A stretch of 29,409 nucleotides of DNA from a bacterium (lineage in GTDB: Bacteria > Hinthialibacterota > Hinthialibacteria > Hinthialibacterales > Hinthialibacteraceae), in assembly GCA_041946805.1 (NCBI GenBank), contig JBHGBC010000064.1, positions 1 to 29,409 on the forward strand, written 5' to 3'. The first letter of the stretch is position 1; the number at the start of each line of letters is the position of its first letter. The notes beneath the pieces are model-generated. The model saw only the letters and a list, made by a program, of their open reading frames with translations, did not search any database and was not told the DNA's origin. A program made the translations under genes and the position numbers. Below, piece after piece: positions 6,573 to 16,520 of this stretch.

Positions 6573-9500
6573 ATGCTGGATCATCTCATTGAATTGACCC
6601 TGAAATACCGGCTGCTGGTGCTGATGCTGTTTGGGGCGGTGACCGGGGCGGGCCTCTGGGCCTTGCTCCGGCTGCCGGTCGACGCGTTCCCCGACACCAC
6701 GCCCGTGCAAGTGCAGATCAACACCGTCGCGCCCGCGTTGAATCCCCTGGAAATCGAGCAGCAGGTGACGTTGAAAGTCGAACTGGCGGTCTCGGGCATC
6801 CCCGGCCTGGAAGAGGTGCGCTCCTTGTCCAAGTTCGGCCTGTCGCAGGTGGTGGCGACTTTCACGGACGCCACTTCCGTGTACGACGCCCGGCAGTTCA
6901 TCCTGGAACGGTCGGCCACGGTCGATCTGCCCGAGGGCATCGGCCGGCCGGAACTCGGGCCGATCTCCACCGGCCTGGGGGAGGTGTTCCATTACCTGGT
7001 CCGCTCGGACAATCCGGAACGGAGCCTGGATGAAGTCCGCGCCATCCAGGATTGGATCATCAAGCCCGAGCTGCTCAAAACGCCCGGAGTGGCGGAAATC
7101 AACTCCTGGGGCGGGCTGGAGCGGCAGTACCATGTGATCGTCTCGCCCGAGTGGTTGGTGAAGTACCGGTTGACCTTTGACGACGTCTTCGAAGCCTTGC
7201 GGGCCAACAACCAGAACGTGGGCGGCGGCCAGGTGACCGCCGGGGGCGAGGCGGTGCTGGTGCATGGGCTGGGGCGGGTGAGCACGCTGGAAGAGATCGG
7301 CGATATCGTCATCCAATCGTTCAACGGAACCCCGGTGCGGGTTCGCGACGTGGCCGAAGTGGCCATCGGGCATGACATCCGCCGCGGGGCGGTCACGGCG
7401 GGGGGACAGGGCGAGGCCGTGCTGGGGCTAGGCTTCATGCTGCTGGGCGAGAACAGCGGCGATGTGGCCCGGGGATTGCGCGAGCGGCTGGAAAGTGTGC
7501 AAAGCGCGTTGCCGGACGACGTGAAGACCGAGGCCGTTTACGACCGTACCAACCTGGTGCATGAGGTCATCCACACGGTGCAGGACAACCTGACGGCCGG
7601 AGCGGTGCTGGTGATTCTGGTGCTGTTCGCGCTGCTGGGGAATTTCCGCGCGGGATTGCTGGTGGCCGCCGCCATTCCGCTGGCGATGATCTTCGCGGTG
7701 TTGGGCATGTACCAGATGTCGATCGCGGCCAGCCTGTTGAGCCTGGGGGCGATGGATTTCGGCCTCCTGGTGGACGGCTCGGTGGTGATAACCGAACGCA
7801 ACCTGCGCCGGCTGGAGCAGCGGCGGAAAGAACTGGGCATGCCCCTCGATCCCGCGGAACGGCTGGTATGCATCGCGCAATCGACCCGGGAAGTGGCCCG
7901 GCCCATCCTGTTCGGCATGAGCATCATCCTCCTGGTCTTTCTGCCCATCCTGGCGCTGCAGGGCATCGAGGGGAAAATGTTCAAGCCCATGGCCTGGACC
8001 TTCATTTTCGCGTTGGGGGGCGGGCTGCTCATCGCCTTGTTCCTGTCGCCGATCCTCTCGTATTACCTGCTGCCGCGTTCTTTCCCGGAGAAACCCGGCC
8101 TGTTGGATCTCGCCCTGCACGGGCTGTACGGGATGGTCTTGCGCGCCGCGTTACGGACCAAGGCGCTGCTGCTGTATGGCGTGGCGGCCTTGTTGATCCT
8201 GGCGGGAATCATGGCCTCCCAGCTGGGCGGCGAATTCATTCCCCGCTTGAGCGAGGGTACCCTGGTGATCAACGCCATCCGCCTGTCCGGAATCAGCCTG
8301 GATGAAGCGATCGCCGCCAACACGCGCATCGAAAAGCATCTGCTGGAGAAATTTCCCCATGAAATCCGCGCGGTCTGGAGCCGGACGGGCACCGCGGAAG
8401 TGGCCACCGATCCCATGGGGATCGAACTCACGGATATCTATTTCGACCTCTATCCCCGAGAGCAATGGACGCGCGCGGCCAATCAGGCGGAGCTGGCCGC
8501 GGAGATTGAAAAAGAACTCAGTGATTTCCCGGGGATGAACCTGGCCTTCACGCAGCCCATCGAGTTGCGCTTCAACGAATTGATCACCGGCATCCGGGCG
8601 GACATCGGGATCAAGGTCTTTGGCGACGATCTCGACGAGCTGGTGCGCATCGGCAACGACCTCCAGCAAGTGCTGTCGGGCATTGAAGGCGCGGCCGATG
8701 TCTCCAGCGAGCAGATCACCGGGCAGCCGACCCTGCGGATTCAGGCCGATACTCAGGCGCTCGCCCGGCATGGCCTCCCCGCACGGGAGGTGCTGGAGGC
8801 GGTGGAGGCGGCCGGATACCGGGAAGCGGGAGAGATCTTCGAGGGCCAGCGATCGTTTCCCCTGGTCATGCGCCTGCCGGACCGCCAGCGCGAAGAAGTC
8901 CATGCCTTGGCCGATACGCTGATCCCCACCCGCACCGGGGCGGTGCTGCCGCTGCGGGCCGTGGCGAGGATCGAGGAAACCGCGGGGCCTTCGCAAGTCA
9001 ATCACGAGTGGGGCCGCCGCCTGGCGCGCGTGCAATGCAACGTGCGGGGCCGGGACGTGGCCTCGTTCGTGGAGGAAGCCCGGCGGAAAATACAGGAAAA
9101 TGTGAAACTGCCGGAAGGGTATGTGATCAACTGGGGCGGGCAGTTCGAGAACCTGGAGCGTTCCAAGCAACGGTTCATGGTGGTCGTACCGTTGACCTTG
9201 CTGCTGATCTTCATCCTGCTGTACGTGAGCCTGAACCGGCTGCGCGACGTGTTGATCATCTACACCGGAATTCCCTTCGCGGCGATCGGCGGGATCTTCG
9301 CGCTCTGGGCGCGGGAGATTCCCTTCAGCGTCAGCGCGGCGGTGGGATTCATTGCGTTGAGCGGCATCGCGGTGCTCAACGGGCAGGTGATGGCCGCGGC
9401 GGTGCAGTCCCGGTTGAAGGAGGGCCTGAATGTGAAGGAGGCCGTCATCGCCGCCGCCCAACAACGCTTGCGCCCGGTGCTGGCCACGGCCATCACCGAC

Positions 9501-9692
9501 GCCGCCGGATTCATCCCCATGGCCCTGTCCACCGGCGTGGGGGCGGAAGTGCAGCGCCCGCTGGCCACCGTGGTGGTGGGCGGAGTGATCACCTCCACCC
9601 TGCTGACGCTGATCGTCCTGCCGGTGCTCTACGCGATTTTCGGCCGGGAGTCTGCGGGGAGGGAAGGAAGTGCGGAGAGGGACATGAATTAG
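6573..9692 (+). CDS. czcA: CzcA/CusA-family heavy-metal efflux RND transporter
   Basis: LPVDAFPDTTPVQVQINT, SLSKFGLSQV, P.LGPISTGLGEV, TM4 GAMDFGLLVDGSVVITE (divalent-cation HME type), EGKMFKPMA, RLRPVLATA and GAEVQRPLATVVVGG. ATG 6573 follows GGGGGA. Confidence 0.96.
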   Translation: MLDHLIELTLKYRLLVLMLFGAVTGAGLWALLRLPVDAFPDTTPVQVQINTVAPALNPLEIEQQVTLKVELAVSGIPGLEEVRSLSKFGLSQVVATFTDATSVYDARQFILERSATVDLPEGIGRPELGPISTGLGEVFHYLVRSDNPERSLDEVRAIQDWIIKPELLKTPGVAEINSWGGLERQYHVIVSPEWLVKYRLTFDDVFEALRANNQNVGGGQVTAGGEAVLVHGLGRVSTLEEIGDIVIQSFNGTPVRVRDVAEVAIGHDIRRGAVTAGGQGEAVLGLGFMLLGENSGDVARGLRERLESVQSALPDDVKTEAVYDRTNLVHEVIHTVQDNLTAGAVLVILVLFALLGNFRAGLLVAAAIPLAMIFAVLGMYQMSIAASLLSLGAMDFGLLVDGSVVITERNLRRLEQRRKELGMPLDPAERLVCIAQSTREVARPILFGMSIILLVFLPILALQGIEGKMFKPMAWTFIFALGGGLLIALFLSPILSYYLLPRSFPEKPGLLDLALHGLYGMVLRAALRTKALLLYGVAALLILAGIMASQLGGEFIPRLSEGTLVINAIRLSGISLDEAIAANTRIEKHLLEKFPHEIRAVWSRTGTAEVATDPMGIELTDIYFDLYPREQWTRAANQAELAAEIEKELSDFPGMNLAFTQPIELRFNELITGIRADIGIKVFGDDLDELVRIGNDLQQVLSGIEGAADVSSEQITGQPTLRIQADTQALARHGLPAREVLEAVEAAGYREAGEIFEGQRSFPLVMRLPDRQREEVHALADTLIPTRTGAVLPLRAVARIEETAGPSQVNHEWGRRLARVQCNVRGRDVASFVEEARRKIQENVKLPEGYVINWGGQFENLERSKQRFMVVVPLTLLLIFILLYVSLNRLRDVLIIYTGIPFAAIGGIFALWAREIPFSVSAAVGFIALSGIAVLNGQVMAAAVQSRLKEGLNVKEAVIAAAQQRLRPVLATAITDAAGFIPMALSTGVGAEVQRPLATVVVGGVITSTLLTLIVLPVLYAIFGRESAGREGSAERDMN

Positions 9693-9728
9693 GGAAGGAA
9701 GGACGGAGCGGCAAAAAGTCTCCTGATG

Positions 9729-9785
9729 GTGGTGCAGACATCTTGTCGGCACAAAACATGGTTGCAGGCAGGATGCCTGCACCAC
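9729..9785. repeat. Inverted pair of 23-bp REP-like units (REPIN-like doublet) after czcA
   Basis: GTGGTGCAGACATCTTGTCGGCA (9729-9751) matches the reverse complement of TGCAGGCAGGATGCCTGCACCAC (9763-9785) at 19/23 positions; the right unit is itself palindromic (GCAGGCA-GGA-TGCCTGC). Confidence 0.7.
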
Positions 9786-10365
9786 AATATATGGAACATC
9801 ATAGAATTAGTTTCATTATTTGCCGCTGCGTCAGGAAGGGATCACATCCTATCGGATGGTTCGGATTCGAACGGGCAGCCCCAGGGGCGTTGCCTCTGGC
9901 TAACCGATTTCGCCCTAACAAGGCTTTTCTCATTCTGATCCTCTGCCGGAGGGGGCGGGGGAGCAAATACTTTTGCCGCGATCATCCCGGGGCTGTTGTC
10001 CAGGTCCATGGCTAGTTTAAATGCGCCGTTGGCGCAAAAAAAACAGCACTGCATTTCAGCAAAGCCTTCGTTACGAAATCTCAACAGAACTTCGATGGCG
10101 GCGGAAATAACACGGGAGAGACCGGTACAGAGAGTCTATCCGGCAACCGCGTTGACTTCACACTAGGGGAAAGTCCTGCAGGCGGCGCAGGCATTCACGG
10201 CCCGGCCTGGAAGCCTATTAGAAACATCCATCATTCAGAAGGCTGTCCAAATCATCCTGGGTGGTCTAGATTATCCCAGAGTCAGACCGGCTGGGTATGC
10301 CGGGGAACCGAGGAAAGAAAATCAAGTTCGATCCCTATTCCGACATCATGACGGGAGCGTTCAAC

Positions 10366-12018
10366 ATGATTCCATCAAGAAAACAGGGGATGCGTCACTT
10401 TTCGTTGATCATGAATCCGTTCGTCGCGCGTTGCTCGAAAACAGGAAAAATAACCGGGATACAAAGAGATGGGAATATCAGCCGTTTGTTGTTTCCCCTG
10501 ATCGGTGTGTTAGCCATTGTCTGGTTTCTCGTCCGCGTGGTGCCCAAACCCAGCCGGATGTTGTACCCATGCCAGCGGGCGGCCCTGGGAATCGGCAGCG
10601 GTTTGCTCGCGTATACAATGATGCTTTTCAGTTCATTGGCCTTGGTCCAAAACCTGCGGCGGAATCTCCCGGGATCCCTCGTGACCGCTCTGGTCCTCAT
10701 CGCCTGCTTAGGGGGAGGGGCAGCCGTCATCATCAGCGATTCCCTTTACGCGGATCCAGCGGCGGCGATAGGGGGACCTCCCGAGGGGAGTAATCACCCC
10801 CTGGGAACCGCCCGAGGGATACACCCGGGCCGGGTGGTGTGGGTTCAGGATTTCGACGCCACCCGCTGGGACGGGAAAAACGGGCTGTGGTGGGATGACA
10901 ACAACACGGATCAACAGCGGGTCGAGATCCTGTTTTCCCGGGCGTTGCAACACCTGACCGGCGAAAGCACGAATGCCGAGGCGTGGGACGCCCTGTTCCG
11001 CCATCACAATCAAACCAACGGCCGGGGCGGCCGGGGATATCAAAAGAACGAGACCATTACCATCAAACTCAATTGCAACACGGACGGCACGCCGGGAGAG
11101 CGGGGAGAGAAAAAAGGGCACGCCAGCACGCAGGTGGTTTACGCGTTAGTCAAACAGCTCATCGAAGAAGCCGGCGTGCCGGGCGGTTGTATCATCTTGA
11201 CGGATCCTTCGCGGCATATCGGCAATCCGATTTATGATAAAATCCGGTCGAATCCCAATCCGGAATACCAGGAAGTCGTATTCGCGGGGAAAGCGGAGCG
11301 GGACGAGCCGCAATGCCTCTACGCCGAGCCGGATATGAATTGCCCCATTTATTTCGACATGCCGGATGGAACGGTGCGGAAATTCTATTTCCCCAAGGTG
11401 TTCAGCCAAGCCACATACATGATCAATGCCGGCCAGTTGCGTCCGCATAGTATTTTCGGCATAACCCTGGCGGGGAAAAATCATTTCGGTTCGATTTACG
11501 ACGGCCAGGCGTACCAACCCAGTCCCTTGCATGCGTTTGCCATCACCGATCCGCATCATCCCAATCAACACGGCGACCCGCACTGCCATCCTTCCCTGCT
11601 CGGCCATCAAGTCACGAATGGGAAGACGTTCTTATATATGCTCGACGGCCTGTATACTTCCTATACGCAGACCGGCGACGTGGTCCGCTGGTCCACCATG
11701 GGGAATGATTGGTTTTCCAGTCTCTTGCTGTCGGAAGATCCGATTGCCCTCGATTCCGTGGGATTTGATTTCGTCCAAAGCGAACCCAACTTGACCGACG
11801 GCAATGCCTGCTTTAACGGCCATGCCGACAATTATTTACATGAGGCGGCCCTGGCTGACCAACCGCCCTCCGGCGCGTTCTATGATCCCGAGAAAGACGG
11901 AACGAAACTCAAGAGTCTGGGCGTCCATGAACATTGGAATAATCCCGTGGATAGAAAATACTCCCGGAATCTATCCCGAGGCGGGGGCATCGAACTAATC
12001 GCCGTAACCGGCCCGTGA
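10366..12018 (+). CDS. DUF362-like protein with N-terminal membrane helices (start uncertain, 10297-10411)
   Basis: WFLVRVVPKPSRMLYPCQRAA, PLGTARGIHPGRVVWV, TITIKLNCN, GITLAGKNHFGS, SEDPIALDSVGFD and SLGVHEHWNN are motifs I recall from this family. GGGAG precedes ATG 10366. Confidence 0.75.
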   Translation: MIPSRKQGMRHFSLIMNPFVARCSKTGKITGIQRDGNISRLLFPLIGVLAIVWFLVRVVPKPSRMLYPCQRAALGIGSGLLAYTMMLFSSLALVQNLRRNLPGSLVTALVLIACLGGGAAVIISDSLYADPAAAIGGPPEGSNHPLGTARGIHPGRVVWVQDFDATRWDGKNGLWWDDNNTDQQRVEILFSRALQHLTGESTNAEAWDALFRHHNQTNGRGGRGYQKNETITIKLNCNTDGTPGERGEKKGHASTQVVYALVKQLIEEAGVPGGCIILTDPSRHIGNPIYDKIRSNPNPEYQEVVFAGKAERDEPQCLYAEPDMNCPIYFDMPDGTVRKFYFPKVFSQATYMINAGQLRPHSIFGITLAGKNHFGSIYDGQAYQPSPLHAFAITDPHHPNQHGDPHCHPSLLGHQVTNGKTFLYMLDGLYTSYTQTGDVVRWSTMGNDWFSSLLLSEDPIALDSVGFDFVQSEPNLTDGNACFNGHADNYLHEAALADQPPSGAFYDPEKDGTKLKSLGVHEHWNNPVDRKYSRNLSRGGGIELIAVTGP

Positions 12019-12185
12019 AGGGGCTTCAAGGGGAAGAATCGGAGTAGCGCCGGGCTAGGCCCTTGCGGCGTTGCCCCGGGTGGCGCGTTCCCGCCAGGCT
12101 TTCGTTAAGGAATCCCAATCGAAACGGAGTTTTTTCCATATAAGCCGTGATCGCCAACGCGGATTGTTCCGGGGGAGGGGTGAAA

Positions 12186-14024
12186 ATGAGGAAAAATCCA
12201 GTCACGCGCCGAGAGTTCGTGAAATGGGCCGCGGCGGGGGCGGCCCTTTCCGGTTCCCCGCCGTCCAGCGGGGGACTGCCGGAGCGGCCGAACATTTTGT
12301 GGATCACCAGCGAAGACAACAGCCCGCTGCTCGGCTGTTATGGGGATCCCTTCGCCACGACTCCCCACTTGGACCGATTGGCTTCCGAGGGCATCGTGTA
12401 CGACAACGCCTTCGCCAACGCGCCCGTCTGCGCTCCGGCCCGCTTCACGATCCTCACCGGGATGTACGCGAGCACGATGGGAACGCATCCCATGCGGAGC
12501 CGGTACGCCATCCCCGATTTCGTCAAACCCTATCCTTCCTATTTGCGGCGGGCCGGCTATTACTGCACCAATCCCGGCAAGACCGATTACAACTACCTCA
12601 CCGACGATAAATCCCACTGGGACAAGGGGACGTACCACGACCGAAAACCGGGACAACCGTTTTTCCATGTAGTGAACATTGGTGTCTCCCATGAAAGTTC
12701 CCTTCACAAGGAAAAACCGTCCACGCGGCACGATCCAGCGAAAGTAATCTTGCCGCCGTATCATCCGGACACGCCCGAAATCCGCCAGAATTGGGCGCAA
12801 TATTACGATCAGGTCGAGGAGATGGACCAGGAAGTGGGCAAAATCCTCGATCAGTTGGAAAAGGACGGATTGGCCGAAGACACCATCGTTTTCTATTACG
12901 CGGACAATGGAGGGGTTCTGTGCCGGAGCAAGCGGTTCTTGTACGACACCGGGACGCGGATTCCCATGATCATCCGTTTTCCGGAAAAATACCGGCATCT
13001 GGCGCCGGGGAAACCCGGGAGCCGGACGGACCGCCTGGTCAGCTTTGTGGACCTGGCACCCACGCTGCTGAGCCTGGCGGGCATCGAGATTCCCGCGTAC
13101 ATGGAGGGGCAAGCCTTCCTGGGCAGCCGGCAGCCGCCGCCCCGGCGATATGTCTATCTCTTCCGCGGCCGGATGGATGAGCGGATTGACATGATGCGCG
13201 CGGTCCGTGACAAGCAATACAAGTATATTCGCAATTATCTGCCGCAGCGGATTTATGGACAGCATCTGGAGTATCTCTGGCGGGCGGCCGCCACCCGTTC
13301 GTGGGAGCGGGAATACCGGGAAGGCCGGTGCAACGCGATCCAAAGCGCTTTTTGGCGAAAGAAACCGCCGGAAGAACTGTATGACGTCACGGGGGATCCC
13401 TGGGAGGTCCATAATTTGGCGGGCGATCCCCGATATCAAGAGATTCTCGAGCGCCTGCGCCGGGAGACCACGCGGTGGGCGCGGGACAGCCGGGACACGG
13501 GATTTCTGCCCGAGGGGGAAATGATCGAACAGAGCCGGGGATCCACGCTGTACGAGCGGGTCCGCCAAAAGGATTTCCCCATGGAGCGCATCCTCGAGAC
13601 GGCCGAAGGGGCCAGCCTGGGGAATGTCCAATTTCTGCCGGAGTTGATCAAGCGTTTGAATGATAAAGATCCCAGCGTGCGGTACTGGGCGGCCACGGGA
13701 TGCGCGGTGCTCGGGCCGCGAGCGGAACCGGCCGCCACCACCCTGAAGGAGAGGTTGGATGATGAATCGGGGGATGTCCGGATCGTGGCGGCGGAAGCGT
13801 TGTGCGGCCTCGGCGAATATGAACAGGCGGTTCCCGCGCTGGTCCGGCAGTTCAATCATCCCAATGCCATGACCGCGCTGCATGCCGCCAACGTGCTGGA
13901 GGCGCTGGGGCCGGAGGCCGTCCGGGCGCTGCCGGCCATGGAATCCCGGCTGCAAGCCAGCCAGGACGAGTACCTGCAACGGGCGCTGGGTTGGACGGTC
14001 CAACGCCTCCGGGAAAACGGCTAG
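12186..14024 (+). CDS. Tat-exported formylglycine-dependent sulfatase with C-terminal HEAT-like repeats
   Basis: TRREFVK signal; RPNILWITSED; CAPARFTILTG (CxPxR); ADNG; SFVDLAPTLL; EELYDV..DPWE..NLA; repeats LNDKDPSVRYWAA and LDDESGDVRIVAAEAL. RBS GGAGG. Confidence 0.93.
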   Translation: MRKNPVTRREFVKWAAAGAALSGSPPSSGGLPERPNILWITSEDNSPLLGCYGDPFATTPHLDRLASEGIVYDNAFANAPVCAPARFTILTGMYASTMGTHPMRSRYAIPDFVKPYPSYLRRAGYYCTNPGKTDYNYLTDDKSHWDKGTYHDRKPGQPFFHVVNIGVSHESSLHKEKPSTRHDPAKVILPPYHPDTPEIRQNWAQYYDQVEEMDQEVGKILDQLEKDGLAEDTIVFYYADNGGVLCRSKRFLYDTGTRIPMIIRFPEKYRHLAPGKPGSRTDRLVSFVDLAPTLLSLAGIEIPAYMEGQAFLGSRQPPPRRYVYLFRGRMDERIDMMRAVRDKQYKYIRNYLPQRIYGQHLEYLWRAAATRSWEREYREGRCNAIQSAFWRKKPPEELYDVTGDPWEVHNLAGDPRYQEILERLRRETTRWARDSRDTGFLPEGEMIEQSRGSTLYERVRQKDFPMERILETAEGASLGNVQFLPELIKRLNDKDPSVRYWAATGCAVLGPRAEPAATTLKERLDDESGDVRIVAAEALCGLGEYEQAVPALVRQFNHPNAMTALHAANVLEALGPEAVRALPAMESRLQASQDEYLQRALGWTVQRLRENG

Positions 14025-14107
14025 CGGGTTTGATGCATCACCTACCGGGTTTCGCCGATGGCCGAGCGGACGATCCATCCATGCGCGGCGGGGATTGCAG
14101 CACCGCA

Positions 14108-14644
14108 TCAAAAATGGCACATATCCAAGAAGGATTTTAATTTTTTGACGCTGTCCAGCAATTTGTTCAACATCACGCGGGCGGTGTGGAAGTCTTGCTT
14201 TTCGATGATGGAATCCACGGTGCTGTCCAAGGATTTCATGTGGTTAATGACATCGCTTTGATATTTTTTTTCGATGTTCTTTTTGAAGTAAATCTTGTTG
14301 ATGAGTTTCATCAGCCGGTCGTTGTCCAGGGGTTTGACAAGGATATCGTAAAAGCCGATCTGTTTGGCCTGGGCGACCACGTCCCGGTCGGGGCTGGCGG
14401 TGAGCAGGATGAAAACCGCCGAGTGCGTGTGTTCATATTCCATGGCGCGGGAGTAGAGGTCGAGGCCGTTCATCCCCGGCATCAGGTAATCGGTGATCAC
14501 GATGTCGATATCCTCCTCGCATTCCAGCAGCCCCAGCGCCTCCAGACCGTTGTTGGCCAGCCAGACGCGGTGTTCGAGGTTTTCCAGCATCTGTTTGACC
14601 ACCATGCGGGTGTAGCCGGCGTCATCAACCACAAGAATGTTCAT
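14108..14644 (-). CDS. Response regulator (receiver domain plus a short helical tail), 178 aa
   Basis: ILVVDD, ITDYLMPGMNG, LLTA and LVKP are intact. The AAGGAG RBS lies inside the end of the upstream HPt frame. Confidence 0.9.
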   Translation of the reverse strand: MNILVVDDAGYTRMVVKQMLENLEHRVWLANNGLEALGLLECEEDIDIVITDYLMPGMNGLDLYSRAMEYEHTHSAVFILLTASPDRDVVAQAKQIGFYDILVKPLDNDRLMKLINKIYFKKNIEKKYQSDVINHMKSLDSTVDSIIEKQDFHTARVMLNKLLDSVKKLKSFLDMCHF

Positions 14645-16485
14645 GCTGCAGCTCCTTGTAGATCATCTCGCTCACTCTCCCAAATTCCTCCCGCAGACCA
14701 TCCAGCAGTTCCCGGCTGTCCGCCAGGTCGTTGTTCTTGCCCATTTGTTCCAGCCGGGCGGCGTATTCGCGCATGCGCGGGGCCCCGATTTCCGCGCAGC
14801 CGCCCTTGAGTTTATGGGCCTGCATCCGGATTTGTTCGGCGTCTTGGGCGGCGACCACATTCCCCAAGGTTTTCATATCGTCCCGCATGGTTTCCAAGAA
14901 GGTTTTCCAGATTTTCCGGCAGAGTTCGAGATTGCCGCCCACCCGGTCCAGTAGCACGTGACGGCCGAAAGTTCCCTCGCCATTCGTGGGCTTTTGGATT
15001 TCCAGTTTGATTTCCCCTGCGCCGGGGGCGGCTTGACCGTCCCGCCGGTGTTTCTCGATCACCGGGGCCCGTTGTTTGATCTGGATGGGCTTGGTGGTGT
15101 AGTCATTCATGCCGGCGTCCAGGCATTTGTCCTGGTCCCCCTTCAGGGCGTGGGCGGTCATGGCGAGGATCGGGATATCCGGATTCAGCGCGCCGGCATC
15201 GGGATTCCGGATCCGCCGGGCGGCTTCGAAGCCATCCCTTTCCGGCATGTGCACATCCATCAGCACGAGGTCGTAGGGCCGGGTCCGCAAGGTCTCGACG
15301 GCTTCCCGCCCATTGGAAACCACGTCGACCTTGCAGCCCATCTGCTGCAGGATGATCACGGCGACCTGCCGGTTGGTGGGATTGTCCTCGGCCGGAGGGG
15401 ATGCCGATGCCGGTGTCGTTCACCGAAAAGAGGAGGAGCGCCCGATCCCCGGATTCCTGAATTCGCCGCGCTTCGATGTTCACGCTGCCCTGCGGGGTGA
15501 ACTGGATCGCGTTGCCGATCCGGTTGGTGAGAATCTGCCGCCGGCGGAAGGGATCGCCCCGCGGGTTCGGGGGGACATCGTGGCGGATCACGCAGGCGTA
15601 TTCCAATCCCTTGGCGAACGCCTTGATGGCCAGCATGTCGTTGCGGTCCTCCATCACTTCCCGCAGGTTGAAATCGACTTCCTCGAGGAAAAGCTTGTTG
15701 GCCTCGATTTTGGTGTAATCCAGGATTTCGTTGATGATGTGCAGCAGCGAATCCGCGCTGCTCTTGATGGTTTCCGCGTAATTGCGCTGGGCGAGGGTCA
15801 AATCGGTGTTGAGCAGGATTTCGGTCATTCCGACAATGCCGTTCATCGGCGTGCGGATTTCGTGGCTCATGTTGGCCAGGAATTCGGTTTTGGCCCCATT
15901 GGCGGCCTCGGCGGCCTCCTTAGCCTGGTTGAGTTCCCGGGTGCGTGGCCGGATTTTCTCTTCCAGGCGGGATTGCGCCTCGCGGATCTCGCGGTCCATG
16001 CGCCATTTTTCGGACAAAGCGGTGGCGAACTGGCGGATTTCTTCCGGGTGGAAGGGTTTTTTCAGGTAGAGGAGTTTGTGGGCGGGCGGCACCCGCCGGC
16101 GGATCTCCTCGGGCGCGATATCGGAGCAGGCCGAGACGATGACGATTTCGATGTGCGGATCCAGGGAGCGGATGGTTTCCGCGGTCCAGATGCCATCCGG
16201 TCCGGGCGGCATGCGGACATCAATGAAGGCGATCGCGAAGGGCTGGTGTTCCTGCACGGCGCGGCGGACCAACTCGACGGCTTCATCCCCTTGCCGCGCC
16301 AACGGCAGGTCAAATTCCGGCGCCGGCGGCGCCTGGCCGGAGGGGGTGGCGAACAGTCTGGCTTCCAACTCGGATAATTCCTGGTCGGCGCCGCCGTCCT
16401 CCCGGGAGGGAGACAGGATGGCCTCGATGGTGCTCAAGATGGACGCTTCATCATCGACCAGCAAGATCCGGGATAACTCGCTCAT
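14625..16485 (-). pseudogene. Hybrid sensor kinase (REC-HisKA-HATPase...REC-HPt) broken by an internal deletion and frameshift at about 15393-15396
   Basis: The first frame, from ATG 16485, reads [31 protein letters not shown] and NDTGIGIP, then loses similarity. A different frame starts abruptly at 15392 with [25 protein letters not shown] and the HPt motif AHKLKG. The F/G2 boxes of the ATPase domain are absent. Confidence 0.88.
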
Positions 16486-16520
16486 GGTGTAATCCTCGTC
16501 GCGCCGTGGGCGGCGGCCGC

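Noticed and set aside
10320..10340. GTTCGATCCC, resembling a tRNA T-loop (also GGATTCGAAC near 9863)
   Set aside because: No T-stem, acceptor stem or cloverleaf can be built around either.
12105..14120. 671-aa minus-strand ORF (also 8151-9785, 6297-7373, 21423-22580, 27888-29036 and similar)
   Set aside because: Each lies antisense to a well-supported gene and has no recognisable motifs.
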